From positions 64,034 to 128,033 of the forward strand of contig CAZIYE010000002.1 in assembly GCA_964543385.1 (NCBI GenBank): a DNA stretch of 64,000 bases. Reading direction: 5' to 3'. Within the stretch, counting starts at the first letter, position 1, and each line of letters begins with the position of its first letter. A model generated the notes under the pieces. That model was not told the origin of the DNA. It saw only the letters and a program-made list of their open reading frames with translations, and made no database searches. The position numbers were made by a program, and so were the translations under genes. This DNA is from an uncultured Candidatus Saccharibacteria bacterium. Its GTDB lineage: Bacteria > Patescibacteriota > UBA1384 > XYA2-FULL-43-10 > 1-14-0-10-43-13. Of the stretch, positions 20,595-30,109 are shown piece after piece.

Positions 20595-21743
20595 ATGAAT
20601 GACATATATAATAATGAAATCCGACAAGATAAATTACCAGTAGTAATAATTACTGGATATCCTGGTGCGGGCAAGACCACTTTGGGGAAGAGATTGTCAG
20701 AGAGATTCTGCATACCATTCATCAGCAAGGATGAGATAAAAGAAATAATGTTTGATAGTCTTGGCTGGGATAATAGGGAGTGGTCAATAAAGTTAGGCTC
20801 TGCCAGCTACGATCTAATGTTTTATTTTGCTAAAAAAGTTATTGAATCGAATAAACCTTTTATTCTAGAAACATTTTTCAGCAAAATAAGCGAAAAAGAA
20901 ATTACCAATTTAGAGAGAGAGTTTAATATTTATCCTATACAAATTATTTGCTCTACCAGCCCAGATGTAATTTTAAATAGAGTAAAGGATAGAGTACAAA
21001 ATGGCGAAAGACATCCCGGCCATGTTGATCATACTAGGTATGATGAACTGGCTGATAAAGTAAAAGAAGAATACCGACCACTTGATATAGGTGGCTCCAT
21101 GATGACTATAGATACTTCGGATTTTTGTAGGATAAAATATGATGAGATTTATAATTTTGTAACAAACAATCTGTACGGCAAGCCCAATATGAGAGATGAC
21201 TTGCTAGAAAAATCAATTGGTTTTACTGATCGATCATTTGGCAAGAAAAAACAGCACTTTGTTAAGACCCTTCATTGGTTGCTTCAACTAAAGCCCAATG
21301 CTGATATGGCTTTCCAGGTAGCTGCCTATACACATGATGTTGAGAGAGCGTTTAAAAAAGCTAATGGAAGAAAACGTTTAATTTATAAAACCAAGGATGA
21401 TCTTATAAGACACGAGAAAGATAGCGGATCAATAATGTATGATTTTCTGATAAAAGAAGGAGCAACTAAATCATTTGCTTCTAGGGTCAACGAGCTAATT
21501 TCCTCGCACGAAGAGGGTGGTAGCGCTGATCAAAGTCTTCTCAGGGATTGTGATTCTATCAGTTATCTAGAAATTAATGCTCCTCGTAATTTGGAATGGC
21601 TTGGCGAGGTGCCAGAAAGTGAGATGAGGGAGAAGTTTGACTGGATGTACAAAAGAATCGGATCAGCTAGAGCTAAGAAAATTGCTAAACCTTTTTATAA
21701 TAAAGCAGTAGCCATGTTGGAAGAAAAAATAAAAAATAAGTAG
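20595..21743 (+). CDS. P-loop kinase (AAA_33-like) fused to HD-type phosphohydrolase-like domain
   Basis: Walker A ITGYPGAGKTTLGKRL at the N-terminus. HD-like motif AAYTHDVERAF in the C-terminal half. Confidence 0.5.
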   Translation: MNDIYNNEIRQDKLPVVIITGYPGAGKTTLGKRLSERFCIPFISKDEIKEIMFDSLGWDNREWSIKLGSASYDLMFYFAKKVIESNKPFILETFFSKISEKEITNLEREFNIYPIQIICSTSPDVILNRVKDRVQNGERHPGHVDHTRYDELADKVKEEYRPLDIGGSMMTIDTSDFCRIKYDEIYNFVTNNLYGKPNMRDDLLEKSIGFTDRSFGKKKQHFVKTLHWLLQLKPNADMAFQVAAYTHDVERAFKKANGRKRLIYKTKDDLIRHEKDSGSIMYDFLIKEGATKSFASRVNELISSHEEGGSADQSLLRDCDSISYLEINAPRNLEWLGEVPESEMREKFDWMYKRIGSARAKKIAKPFYNKAVAMLEEKIKNK

Positions 21744-21744
21744 G

Positions 21745-22392
21745 ATGATTATGAACAAGGTTGGATTATTTGTGTTAGGGCTAATAACTCTTGCGTTTGG
21801 TATTGGTGCAACATTATATTCACGCTTACCAGATCAAATGGCTTCTCATTGGAATGCTCAGGGAATTGCAGATGGCACAATGTCTAAACCATTTGCCATT
21901 TTTCTGATGCCGCTGATTATGGTTTTTCTATTCATATTTTTATATTTTTTACCAAAATTTGATCCAATGAAGGGAAATATCAAAAAATTTTATAAGCAAT
22001 ATTCTGGTTTTATTGTTGTAATGACTTTATTCATGTTTGTTCTATATCTACAAACATTGCTTTGGAATCTTGGCACAAGAATAAATCCAATTCTCTTGAT
22101 GTCAGTTGCTTTTGCTTTTTTGATATATTACCTAGGGATTTTAATTGGCAGCACTGAACAAAATTGGACTATAGGTATACGCACCCCTTGGACATTAAGT
22201 AATAAAATAGTTTGGGACAAAACTCATAAGTTAGGTGCAAAACTATATAGAATCATTGCTTTTGTTACTCTGCTGGGGCTAATATTCCCAAACATAGCTT
22301 TCTTATTTTTGATAGTGCCCTTAATGACAGTGAGCTTATTTCTTGTCCTTTATTCGTATCTAGAGTTTAAGAAAGAAATAAATAATTATTAA
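21745..22392 (+). CDS. SdpI/YhfL-family membrane protein (DUF1648-containing)
   Basis: 215 aa, polytopic membrane protein. Motif RLPDQMASHWNAQGIADG matches the DUF1648/SdpI family. Confidence 0.5.
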   Translation: MIMNKVGLFVLGLITLAFGIGATLYSRLPDQMASHWNAQGIADGTMSKPFAIFLMPLIMVFLFIFLYFLPKFDPMKGNIKKFYKQYSGFIVVMTLFMFVLYLQTLLWNLGTRINPILLMSVAFAFLIYYLGILIGSTEQNWTIGIRTPWTLSNKIVWDKTHKLGAKLYRIIAFVTLLGLIFPNIAFLFLIVPLMTVSLFLVLYSYLEFKKEINNY

Positions 22393-22467
22393 TTATTAAT
22401 TATTAATATTGCTCTTTTTGTGTCCTGAGCGGATAATAAAATTAAATTTAATTATGGAGGAAATAGT

Positions 22468-22944
22468 ATGATTAAAATTGTTTATGCAGTTCTGTTGGGA
22501 GTGATTCTTGCTTTTTTTATTGGGTTGGGAATAGAGGCATTTTATCCGACAGAAAAGTATCCCGAAGCACCAACGGAGGTTCAATATGGCAAGGTTGATG
22601 GGGGAAATCTCTCTGCGGATGAAATAAAAGCTCAGCGAGATTTCGATACAAAGGTCAAAGAATTTCAGGATCGGAACAAGGACCATGCTAAAAACGTCTC
22701 ACTCGTTGCTATCATCGGTAGCATCATTTATATGATAATAAGCCTTGCCGTTCTAAATAAAAAGGATGTCTTCGCAGATGGTTTCCTTATCGGTAGCCTG
22801 TTGACCTTGATTTACGGCATAATGCGAGGATTTGAGAGTGACGATAGCAAGTTCCGTTTTATTATTGTTTCGGTTGGATTGGCGGCTGCGCTTATCCTCG
22901 GTTACTTTAAATTCCTGCGCCAAAAAGAAGAGCCAAAGAACTAG
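22468..22944 (+). CDS. hypothetical membrane protein
   Basis: 158 aa with 3-4 TM helices. RBS GGAGG lies upstream. Confidence 0.4.
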   Translation: MIKIVYAVLLGVILAFFIGLGIEAFYPTEKYPEAPTEVQYGKVDGGNLSADEIKAQRDFDTKVKEFQDRNKDHAKNVSLVAIIGSIIYMIISLAVLNKKDVFADGFLIGSLLTLIYGIMRGFESDDSKFRFIIVSVGLAAALILGYFKFLRQKEEPKN

Positions 22945-23016
22945 CAAAAAGAAACAATTGAAGCTATAAAGCTACAAACGGGCGCCTGTTAAGGCGTCCG
23001 TTTGGGTATGTCTCAT

Positions 23017-23790
23017 TTATCTCTCTATTTCCTGTTTACGGAAGAGAAAAATAGCACCCAAAACCAAGATCAATATTAGGCCCACTGAAGTAAGGGCTGA
23101 TGGAAGGAAGTCAACGATCTTGCCTTCTAGTATCAGGGCCTTATAATTTGACATTACATAAGTAGGTGAATAGTCGGAAATTTGTTTAATAAGTCCAAAT
23201 ACAGTGGTAAATAAAATAGATACAAGTAAGGCCATGCCTGCCGCAGTTATCTGATTTTTTGATACAGTACTAAAAAAGATAGTGACTGCTAAAATCAGGG
23301 TTAAAAATATCAGAAGGAAAAATGAGAGCCAGATAAAATTGACAAGACTAAAGCTGCCAAAGAGATTTAGCGTATAAAGATAAAATACTATCGCAGATGC
23401 AATAAAAACCAGCTTGATATACAGCGCGCTGGCAAAGAACTTTGATAACAAGAAGCTGACTCGAGAAATTGGTTTGGTCAGTACCAGTTCGAGGGTTTTC
23501 TTATTCTTCTCTTCAGCAACAGCTCCGGAAAACATTAATAGAATAACAATCATCCCAAATTGTGCCAAATTTTTTACCAATTGATCGATGGAATCTTTCC
23601 ACGTGGGGTCAGGAAAATTGATTGTAAGACCCGGAGTTGCGGGCATAGACTTAAGAATTGTTGGGATCAGCTTTGCTAAGATCGGAGAAGAGATAGCTAT
23701 AAAGGCAAAAACGATCACTAAAATCAGAAACTTCTTAGATCGGTAAATCTCTAATATTTCCTTTTTCATCATTGTGTAAAATGAGTTCAC
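23017..23790 (-). CDS. ABC-2 family transporter permease
   Basis: 257 aa with 6 TM helices. Overlaps the upstream ATPase gene by 4 nt. Confidence 0.6.
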   Translation of the reverse strand: MNSFYTMMKKEILEIYRSKKFLILVIVFAFIAISSPILAKLIPTILKSMPATPGLTINFPDPTWKDSIDQLVKNLAQFGMIVILLMFSGAVAEEKNKKTLELVLTKPISRVSFLLSKFFASALYIKLVFIASAIVFYLYTLNLFGSFSLVNFIWLSFFLLIFLTLILAVTIFFSTVSKNQITAAGMALLVSILFTTVFGLIKQISDYSPTYVMSNYKALILEGKIVDFLPSALTSVGLILILVLGAIFLFRKQEIER

Positions 23791-24713
23791 TTTGCCTCCT
23801 TGATCAGATCGATAAATAAATCTTCTACTTCCGGCAGACTAAGTCCATAAGAAAGAACTCCAATCCCAAATTGTGCAAGAAACTTCAGAGCCAGATTTGA
23901 TTTAACAGTATCATCGTCCCTTAGCCAGACTTTTAAGTGATTGCCATTTTTTTCTATCTTGGTAGCCCATTCCTGTTTTTTGAGGTCTGGTAATACCGAC
24001 TCAGGATCGGAGTCGAATTCTACTTCTAAAATGTTGGTGGCATATTTCTTCTTCAGGTCTGCAAGGGAAGACACTGTAATAAGTTTACCCTTATTGATGA
24101 TAGCAACATCGTCGCAGATTCGATCAACATCAGAAAGGATATGTGTTGAAAGCAATATTGTCATTGTTTTTTTGAGGTTTTCAATAACAGCCAACACCTC
24201 GCGTCGTCCTATTGGGTCAAGTGCAGACACGGGCTCATCCATTATTAGGACTTTAGGTTCATTTACCAAGGCTTGAGCAATACCGAGCCTTTGTTTCATG
24301 CCATTTGAATATGCGCTGATCTTTTTGTCTTTTGCTTCGGAGAGATCGACTAGTTTAAGTAGTTTTTTGATAGTGCTTTCTTTTTCCGTAGTTTTAATCC
24401 CAAAAGTATTAGCTACGAATTCCAGATATTCTTTGCCGGTCATCCAATTGTAAAAAGCCGGTTGCTCTGGAAGATAGCCAAAAAGCTTATTATTTGAAGA
24501 ATTACCAAATATTATTTCTTCACTTGCAATCGTTATGGATCCGCTGGTGGGTTTGGATAAGCCGACCAGTATCCGTATGGTCGTTGTCTTGCCGGCACCG
24601 TTTGGTCCCAAAAAACCCATAACTCTATTCTCGGCAACATCAAATGATAATCCAGAAACTGCAGTGAAATTATTGAATTTCTTGGTTAGACTTTGGATCT
24701 TTATTGCAGACAT
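23787..24713 (-). CDS. ABC transporter ATP-binding protein
   Basis: Walker A GPNGAGKTTT, signature YSNGMKQRL, Walker B LIMDEP. Start placed at MSAIKIQ (24713) rather than the track's 24791. Confidence 0.85.
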   Translation of the reverse strand: MSAIKIQSLTKKFNNFTAVSGLSFDVAENRVMGFLGPNGAGKTTTIRILVGLSKPTSGSITIASEEIIFGNSSNNKLFGYLPEQPAFYNWMTGKEYLEFVANTFGIKTTEKESTIKKLLKLVDLSEAKDKKISAYSNGMKQRLGIAQALVNEPKVLIMDEPVSALDPIGRREVLAVIENLKKTMTILLSTHILSDVDRICDDVAIINKGKLITVSSLADLKKKYATNILEVEFDSDPESVLPDLKKQEWATKIEKNGNHLKVWLRDDDTVKSNLALKFLAQFGIGVLSYGLSLPEVEDLFIDLIKEAK

Positions 24714-24715
24714 TT

Positions 24716-24913
24716 CTAATCCTCGCTTCGTCCGGCTAGAAGATAGGCGACAGGCCCGATGATCTCGCCAATTATTATGATAACAATCCAAATGGCGGGA
24801 GAAAGATTCTTGGTCTTCTTCTTTTTTAGCACATCAACTATTGCGTAAATTTGTAAACCAATTTGAAGCACGATAATTGGCCAAACAAGTTTTAAGATGT
24901 CAATGTGATCCAT
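24716..24913 (-). CDS. PLD nuclease N-terminal (PLDc_N) domain small membrane protein
   Basis: 65 aa with two TM helices and a C-terminal IIGPVAYLLAGR motif typical of PLDc_N. Confidence 0.55.
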   Translation of the reverse strand: MDHIDILKLVWPIIVLQIGLQIYAIVDVLKKKKTKNLSPAIWIVIIIIGEIIGPVAYLLAGRSED

Positions 24914-25019
24914 GCTCCTCCAAATATTATTTATAGCAATATGATATCAAAACTGATAATTTAATGAAACAACAATCATAAAATATGCTATCATAAGTTG
25001 CATAAGAAAGGCTATTACT

Positions 25020-25352
25020 ATGATCACATTTGAATATTTTGAAAAAGTAGATATCCGAGTGGGGAAAGTTATCGAAATAGATGACTTTCCGGAGGCAAAA
25101 ATTCCTAGTTATAAAATGAAGATTGATTTTGGTTCGGAAATAGGGGTGAAAAAATCATGCGGAAGATATCCTCAAAATTACAAGAAAGAAGAGATATTGG
25201 GTCGACAAGTTTGTTGTGTTGTAAATTTCCCACCAAGACAGATTGGCCCTGCTATTTCAGAAGTATTGACGCTAGGTTTTACCGATGAAAAGGGCAATGC
25301 AATCCTAATTATTCCTGAGAAGGAAGTTCCTCTTGGCGGAAAACTTCATTAA
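25020..25352 (+). CDS. tRNA-binding protein (CsaA/Trbp111-like OB-fold)
   Basis: 110 aa: DIRVGKVIEIDDFPEAKIPSYKMKIDFG..., the EMAP/CsaA tRNA-binding signature. Confidence 0.75.
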   Translation: MITFEYFEKVDIRVGKVIEIDDFPEAKIPSYKMKIDFGSEIGVKKSCGRYPQNYKKEEILGRQVCCVVNFPPRQIGPAISEVLTLGFTDEKGNAILIIPEKEVPLGGKLH

Positions 25353-25367
25353 ATAATAAATATAAGT

Positions 25368-25973
25368 ATGGCTAATGAAATAAAAGATCTTGCAATTTCG
25401 AGAGCTCAAGAAATAATAAGCCAGATGAAAGATGTGGCCCACAGTAAGTCCCATATTGAGCAAGTGCTGATTTATTCAGAACAAATTGCCAAACATTATC
25501 CCGAGGCAAACAAAGATATTCTTGATTTAGCTGCATGGTGGCACGATACGGGGAGACTCAATACAGATGAAGGTCATGCAGCTAAAAGCGCCGAGATAGC
25601 AGCCAAAGAGCTGAATAAAATTGGTATTGATTCTGACACAATTAGCAAAATTTGTTGTGCTATACGAGAGCATAGTAATAGCGAAGGAATCACCCCGACT
25701 ACACTAGAGGGAAAAATCTTAAAAGATGCTGATAAGCTAGATTTTCTTACTCCAAAACGCTGGCAGATGTGCATTGATGAAAAGCTTGATTGGGCCGTCT
25801 TGGTCGGAATCAAAAAGATACCGATTATAAGAAACCATATTTTAAATTTGATAGAATCTAAAGAGATTTTCGACTCTCTCTTTTTAGAGTTAAAAGATTT
25901 TGTCAGAGACGAAAATTCAGCATTTTTTGAAAAGTATAAGCAACAAGTAATTGATTTAAAAATTAGGGAGTAA
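25368..25973 (+). CDS. HD-domain phosphohydrolase
   Basis: H...HD motif (AAWWHDTGR) and a downstream D (KDADKLD). Confidence 0.7.
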   Translation: MANEIKDLAISRAQEIISQMKDVAHSKSHIEQVLIYSEQIAKHYPEANKDILDLAAWWHDTGRLNTDEGHAAKSAEIAAKELNKIGIDSDTISKICCAIREHSNSEGITPTTLEGKILKDADKLDFLTPKRWQMCIDEKLDWAVLVGIKKIPIIRNHILNLIESKEIFDSLFLELKDFVRDENSAFFEKYKQQVIDLKIRE

Positions 25974-25975
25974 AA

Positions 25976-26758
25976 GTGAAATACAAGGATTTTGCAGTCG
26001 AGTTGGCGAAAGAAGCCGGAAAAATAATCAAATCAAATTTTACAATTGGTATGGAAAAGGGCTGGAAAGGTATCGATGGCCCTGTAACAAAAACGGATAA
26101 AGGGGTAAATAGTCTTGTGATAGAATCAGTCAAGAAGTATTTTCCTGATCACAATATCAGAGGAGAAGAGGAGAGCTATCATGAACAGAAATCTGAATTT
26201 CTCTGGGTTTGCGATCCAATTGATGGAACAATTCCTTTTTCGCATGGGTTGCCAGTTTTTATGTTCTCATTGGCATTAGTTAAAAATGGTGAGCCAATAA
26301 TGGGTGTTTTATATGACCCAATTTTAGACAAACTTTTCTACGCCGAGAAAGGCCATGGTGCTACATTAGATGGCAAGGCTATCAAAGTATCAGATCGAGA
26401 AACACTAAAGGACAGTGCCGTTGATATAGAAAGTTGGTCAACTGCCAGATATTACGCTCCTGCTCTTGAGAGGGAAGTATATTCTACCGATGCTCTTCTT
26501 GTCCACTATGCTTGCATTACTTACCCTTGCGCTTTAGTGGCAGCAGGAGAGTTCGTGGGCGCAATATTTGCCGGCTATACCGAGTGGGACATTGCAGCGG
26601 TCAAGGTGATTGTAGAGGAGGCTGGCGGCAAGGTAACAGATCTATTTGGTCAGGAGCAACGTTACGACCAAGATATTAAAGGGGCTGTTATATCAAATGG
26701 CAAAACACACGATATATTACTTAAAATAGTAAAAGAGGCAATAGCAAAAAATGAATGA
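25976..26758 (+). CDS. inositol monophosphatase family protein
   Basis: WVCDPIDGT motif plus further IMPase metal-binding motifs. Confidence 0.85.
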   Translation: MKYKDFAVELAKEAGKIIKSNFTIGMEKGWKGIDGPVTKTDKGVNSLVIESVKKYFPDHNIRGEEESYHEQKSEFLWVCDPIDGTIPFSHGLPVFMFSLALVKNGEPIMGVLYDPILDKLFYAEKGHGATLDGKAIKVSDRETLKDSAVDIESWSTARYYAPALEREVYSTDALLVHYACITYPCALVAAGEFVGAIFAGYTEWDIAAVKVIVEEAGGKVTDLFGQEQRYDQDIKGAVISNGKTHDILLKIVKEAIAKNE

Positions 26759-27383
26759 TTTTAAAAATATATTAAATCTTTTGCACTTAGCTGAGAAGCT
26801 AAAATACGAACTTCGTCATAGTTGGCTTTCTGACGGACGGCAGGAGAGTGTTGCTGAACATAGCTGGCGAATGGCGCTAATGGTTATTCTATTTAAGTCA
26901 TATCTAAATGAGGGGTTCAATGTAGAAAAAGCCCTGAAAATTGCCATTGTTCATGACCTAGTTGAGGCTGAAGTTAAAGATACTCCAGCATTTGATACTA
27001 GTAAAGAAGATGAAAAAAAAGAGCTTGAAGAAAAGGCGGCCAAGAATTTTATAAAGGTAGCAGGTGATGATATCGGACAGGAACTTTATAATCTTTGGCG
27101 GGAGTACGAGGACACCGAAACTTACGAGGCGAGAGTAGTAAAAGCGCTAGGTAAATTAGAAGTTCGCCTGCAGCATAATGAAGCAGATCTAAAAACCTGG
27201 GAGGACGTTGAATTTCCAAGAGCACTTTTCGCCGCCGATAAATTTTGTGATTTTGATGAAGTTTTGCGTGGTTTTAATGATTTAGTAAAAGACGAATCAA
27301 GGTCCAAAATAGTTACTGCTGCAATTAATATCAAAAAAATAGAAGAAGAGGCAGAAGAGCTAAGGCCAAAGCAAGTTAGATAA
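26751..27383 (+). CDS. HD-domain hydrolase (YfbR-like 5'-deoxynucleotidase family)
   Basis: HSWRMALMV...IVHDLVEAEVKDTP is a YfbR-type HD signature. Confidence 0.7.
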   Translation: MNDFKNILNLLHLAEKLKYELRHSWLSDGRQESVAEHSWRMALMVILFKSYLNEGFNVEKALKIAIVHDLVEAEVKDTPAFDTSKEDEKKELEEKAAKNFIKVAGDDIGQELYNLWREYEDTETYEARVVKALGKLEVRLQHNEADLKTWEDVEFPRALFAADKFCDFDEVLRGFNDLVKDESRSKIVTAAINIKKIEEEAEELRPKQVR

Positions 27384-27390
27384 GGAAAAA

Positions 27391-27933
27391 ATGAAAATTA
27401 CATTCATTACTGGAAATAAATCAAAAGTAGAGCAACTTAGACGGTTTCTAAAAGTATCAGTTGACCATGTCAAGCTAGATCTCGAAGAGATACAATCCCT
27501 CAACCTAGAAGAGATAGTAGAAAAGAAAGCAAAGCAAGCGTATGAGATTATCAAAAGCCCAGTTTTAGTGGAGGATGTCTCGCTCGTTTATACTGCCCTC
27601 AACGGCCTTCCTGGGCCATTAATTCGTTGGTTTCTCGAGCAATTGGGTAATGCTGGTCTCTGTCGTCTTATAAATCATTATAATAAAGATAGGTCAGCTA
27701 CTGCTAAAGTCGCCTACAGTTATTTTGACGGCAATAATTTACAAATATTCACAGGTGAGATCACAGGCAAAATCGCGGCTCACCCGAGAGGAGAGAATGA
27801 TTTTGGCTGGAGTCCAGTTTTTATTCCTGATGGTAGCGATAAAACATTGGCCGAAATGACGCACGATGAATATGAAAATTTCTCTATGAGAAAGATTGCT
27901 CTACAAAAATTGACAAAATATCTATCAGAATAA
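27391..27933 (+). CDS. non-canonical purine NTP pyrophosphatase (RdgB/HAM1 ITPase)
   Basis: MKITFITGNKSK...WSPVFIP are Ham1 family motifs. Confidence 0.85.
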   Translation: MKITFITGNKSKVEQLRRFLKVSVDHVKLDLEEIQSLNLEEIVEKKAKQAYEIIKSPVLVEDVSLVYTALNGLPGPLIRWFLEQLGNAGLCRLINHYNKDRSATAKVAYSYFDGNNLQIFTGEITGKIAAHPRGENDFGWSPVFIPDGSDKTLAEMTHDEYENFSMRKIALQKLTKYLSE

Positions 27934-27935
27934 AA

Positions 27936-27968
27936 AAACAAACGGCGCATATGCCGTTTGTTTTTTTA
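27936..27968. terminator. bidirectional rho-independent terminator between convergent genes
   Basis: aaacaaacggcgcatatgccgtttgttttttt is a perfect hairpin flanked by an A-run and a T-run. Confidence 0.7.
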
Positions 27969-27988
27969 TGATGCAAGATAAATATTGC

Positions 27989-28753
27989 TTATGGTCTCAA
28001 GGTTCCTGCAAAAACTTGCCAGGCTAATAGCGATTTTGCCACTAGGCTTAAGATAATATAGGCGCGCTCACCATATAGATAATCACTCCATTTGCCGAGC
28101 TTCTTATACTGCAATACTTGGTTTATGGCAAAGCTATTGAAGAATAAAAATATAGAGAAGTAAATCCAATAGACAAAATTTGGTGCCTTATCTGCACTAC
28201 CTGGATTCCACAAATATATACCAATCGCAATCCATGGACCGATACCAGCGATACAGCCGAATATAAATGATGTCCAATTTGCCTTTGTCGTTGATTGATT
28301 ATGAAGCTCCATCATCCAACCAAATAGAATCATGGTCGCATTTAAAATAATAATTGCAATTAACGCTGAGATATCATAAATGCCTACAAGCATTGCAATA
28401 ACTAGAATCATTATTGACGAGCTAAAGGAATATTCAATCCATCGGGCATAATTAGCTCCTTTGGCCAAATTTTTATTGTACCAATTATTTATTCCTGGTA
28501 ATGAAATTAACAAATGAGCTAAAGAAGAAAGAAATAGAAAAGATGCCACGACTGGTCCAATTTGTAGCTCAAATAAATTTCTAGTGCTTGGCAGTAACTG
28601 TTGTGAGATTACATCGTATTTCAGAAAAGAACCAGTGACGGGTAATTTAAATCCACTTGATACTAGCAACATGGCAATGCCCTGTCCGAAGTGCAAAATG
28701 GCCATTATGATATTAAACCGCCTGAGCTTATAAAATTTTTCTTCTCGATCCAT
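27989..28753 (-). CDS. heliorhodopsin (7-TM retinal protein, inverted topology family)
   Basis: 254 aa with 7 TM helices. Strong matches to heliorhodopsin 48C12 motifs: RWIEYSFSSSIMILVIA (TM3 counterion Glu), NATMILFGW, FGCIAGIGPW, FLFFNSFA, and YGERAYIILSLVAKSLLAWQVFAGTL (Schiff-base Lys in SLVAKS). Strong SD AGGAGG lies upstream. Confidence 0.85.
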   Translation of the reverse strand: MDREEKFYKLRRFNIIMAILHFGQGIAMLLVSSGFKLPVTGSFLKYDVISQQLLPSTRNLFELQIGPVVASFLFLSSLAHLLISLPGINNWYNKNLAKGANYARWIEYSFSSSIMILVIAMLVGIYDISALIAIIILNATMILFGWMMELHNQSTTKANWTSFIFGCIAGIGPWIAIGIYLWNPGSADKAPNFVYWIYFSIFLFFNSFAINQVLQYKKLGKWSDYLYGERAYIILSLVAKSLLAWQVFAGTLRP

Positions 28754-28833
28754 TGTTCCTCCTAATTGTTAGATGTATCTATTATATACTAATTTCAATT
28801 GTTGCCAATTATTATTGACGTAACATCTATTTT

Positions 28834-29244
28834 ATGTTAAAAAATAGATTGCGTTTCGACGCAAAGGGGGACTCCATGAATTCAGATAAAAAAGATCAAA
28901 GTGTCGAAAAGACACCTCTCGAGATTATATTTGATAGTCTCTGTGAGAAGATTTCTGGCGAAGGGTTAGCTCGTTTAGAGCCTAAAACCAAAAAAGCCAG
29001 ACATGAGATCGACCTTTTATTTTCGCTATTTGCTCTATATAGAGCACGATTTAGTGGAATAACGGTTGATAATCGGGATGTAATCGTCAATATTATAGAA
29101 GACCATATTGACGAGAATTTCAGACCGATATCTGCTGAAGATATCGGCCATGGTGGTAAGAAATATTCATTTGAACGAGTCGGCAATAGCCGCTCGCTAC
29201 ATGTATGTTTCATTGGGAACGAAATCAACCTCGTCCTCACATAA
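28834..29244 (+). CDS. hypothetical protein
   Basis: 136-aa ORF with no recognisable domain. An alternative start at MNSDKK (28876) is possible. Confidence 0.35.
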   Translation: MLKNRLRFDAKGDSMNSDKKDQSVEKTPLEIIFDSLCEKISGEGLARLEPKTKKARHEIDLLFSLFALYRARFSGITVDNRDVIVNIIEDHIDENFRPISAEDIGHGGKKYSFERVGNSRSLHVCFIGNEINLVLT

Positions 29245-29319
29245 TCCACCTAATTTTGTTGGCTGGCCAGGGTATCAAACCCGGCCGGCTTTTTGTTTTC
29301 ATATAAAAGATATCAACGC

Positions 29320-29796
29320 TTAGGTCCGATTATCTATTAGTTCAGCTAGCTCTTTTTTTACTAGTGCAATATGCTCTTTAGTTTCGCGTTTTAGATCCTC
29401 CATGACTCGGCGTACGCTTGCAGCATCTGATGATATAAATTCGAAATAGTTTTTTTCGAAAAACGATTCTTCAAATTGCAGGGATTTTTGTAGTGCCTCA
29501 GCCAATGTCATATATTCTTCAGAAACAATTTCCTCTTCAATTTCCTCGTTTATTAATCGAAGTGATTCTTCTGGTAGAAGATTAAGTCTAATAGAAAAAA
29601 CGTCATTACTTTTCATTAGAGCTTCAAGCCACTGAGCATGACGGTTTTCCTCGCTTGAGATTTTTAGCCAAAAATCATGATTTTGAAACATCTGAGAGTA
29701 TCGGCGATATAATCTCATAAAACTGTGTTCGTTGCGAATCATTAACTCCATTATTCTTTTGCTTTCAGTAGAATTTTTTGGAGATTTATTTTTCAT
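29320..29796 (-). CDS. ferritin-like domain protein (putative)
   Basis: 158 aa, predicted helical, with an ExxH motif (EENRHAQWLE). Confidence 0.4.
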   Translation of the reverse strand: MKNKSPKNSTESKRIMELMIRNEHSFMRLYRRYSQMFQNHDFWLKISSEENRHAQWLEALMKSNDVFSIRLNLLPEESLRLINEEIEEEIVSEEYMTLAEALQKSLQFEESFFEKNYFEFISSDAASVRRVMEDLKRETKEHIALVKKELAELIDNRT

Positions 29797-29900
29797 TTAG
29801 TATCCAATTACTTTTTAATTGCTAACAGAATTATAACATATTCATAATTTTTTGATTTATCGTTTTAAAAAAGCCAAACTAGAAAGTTTGACATTTTTTA

Positions 29901-29974
29901 TGGCTCGGGGACATGGATTCGAACCATGATTCACGGCTTCAAAGGCCGCTGTCCTGCCATTAGACGATCCCCGA
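29901..29974 (-). tRNA. tRNA-Gln (anticodon UUG)
   Basis: Read on the minus strand: TCGGGGA TC GTCT AATGGCA GGAC A GCGGC CTTTGAA GCCGT GAAT CATGG TTCGAAT CCATG TCCCCGA G CCA. Cloverleaf is complete: 7-bp acceptor stem, GTTCGAAT T-loop, anticodon TTG, encoded CCA. Confidence 0.85.
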
Positions 29975-30109
29975 ATATATTTCGATTTATTCTAACCTAA
30001 ATAAGCGATTATTTCAATAAGAAGGGAGTAAAAAGCCAAAACCGCTGCAATCCTGCAGCGGCTCGAAAATCCATTTTCGGTTTTGGCAAGGCCAAGGTGG
30101 TCTTACTGG

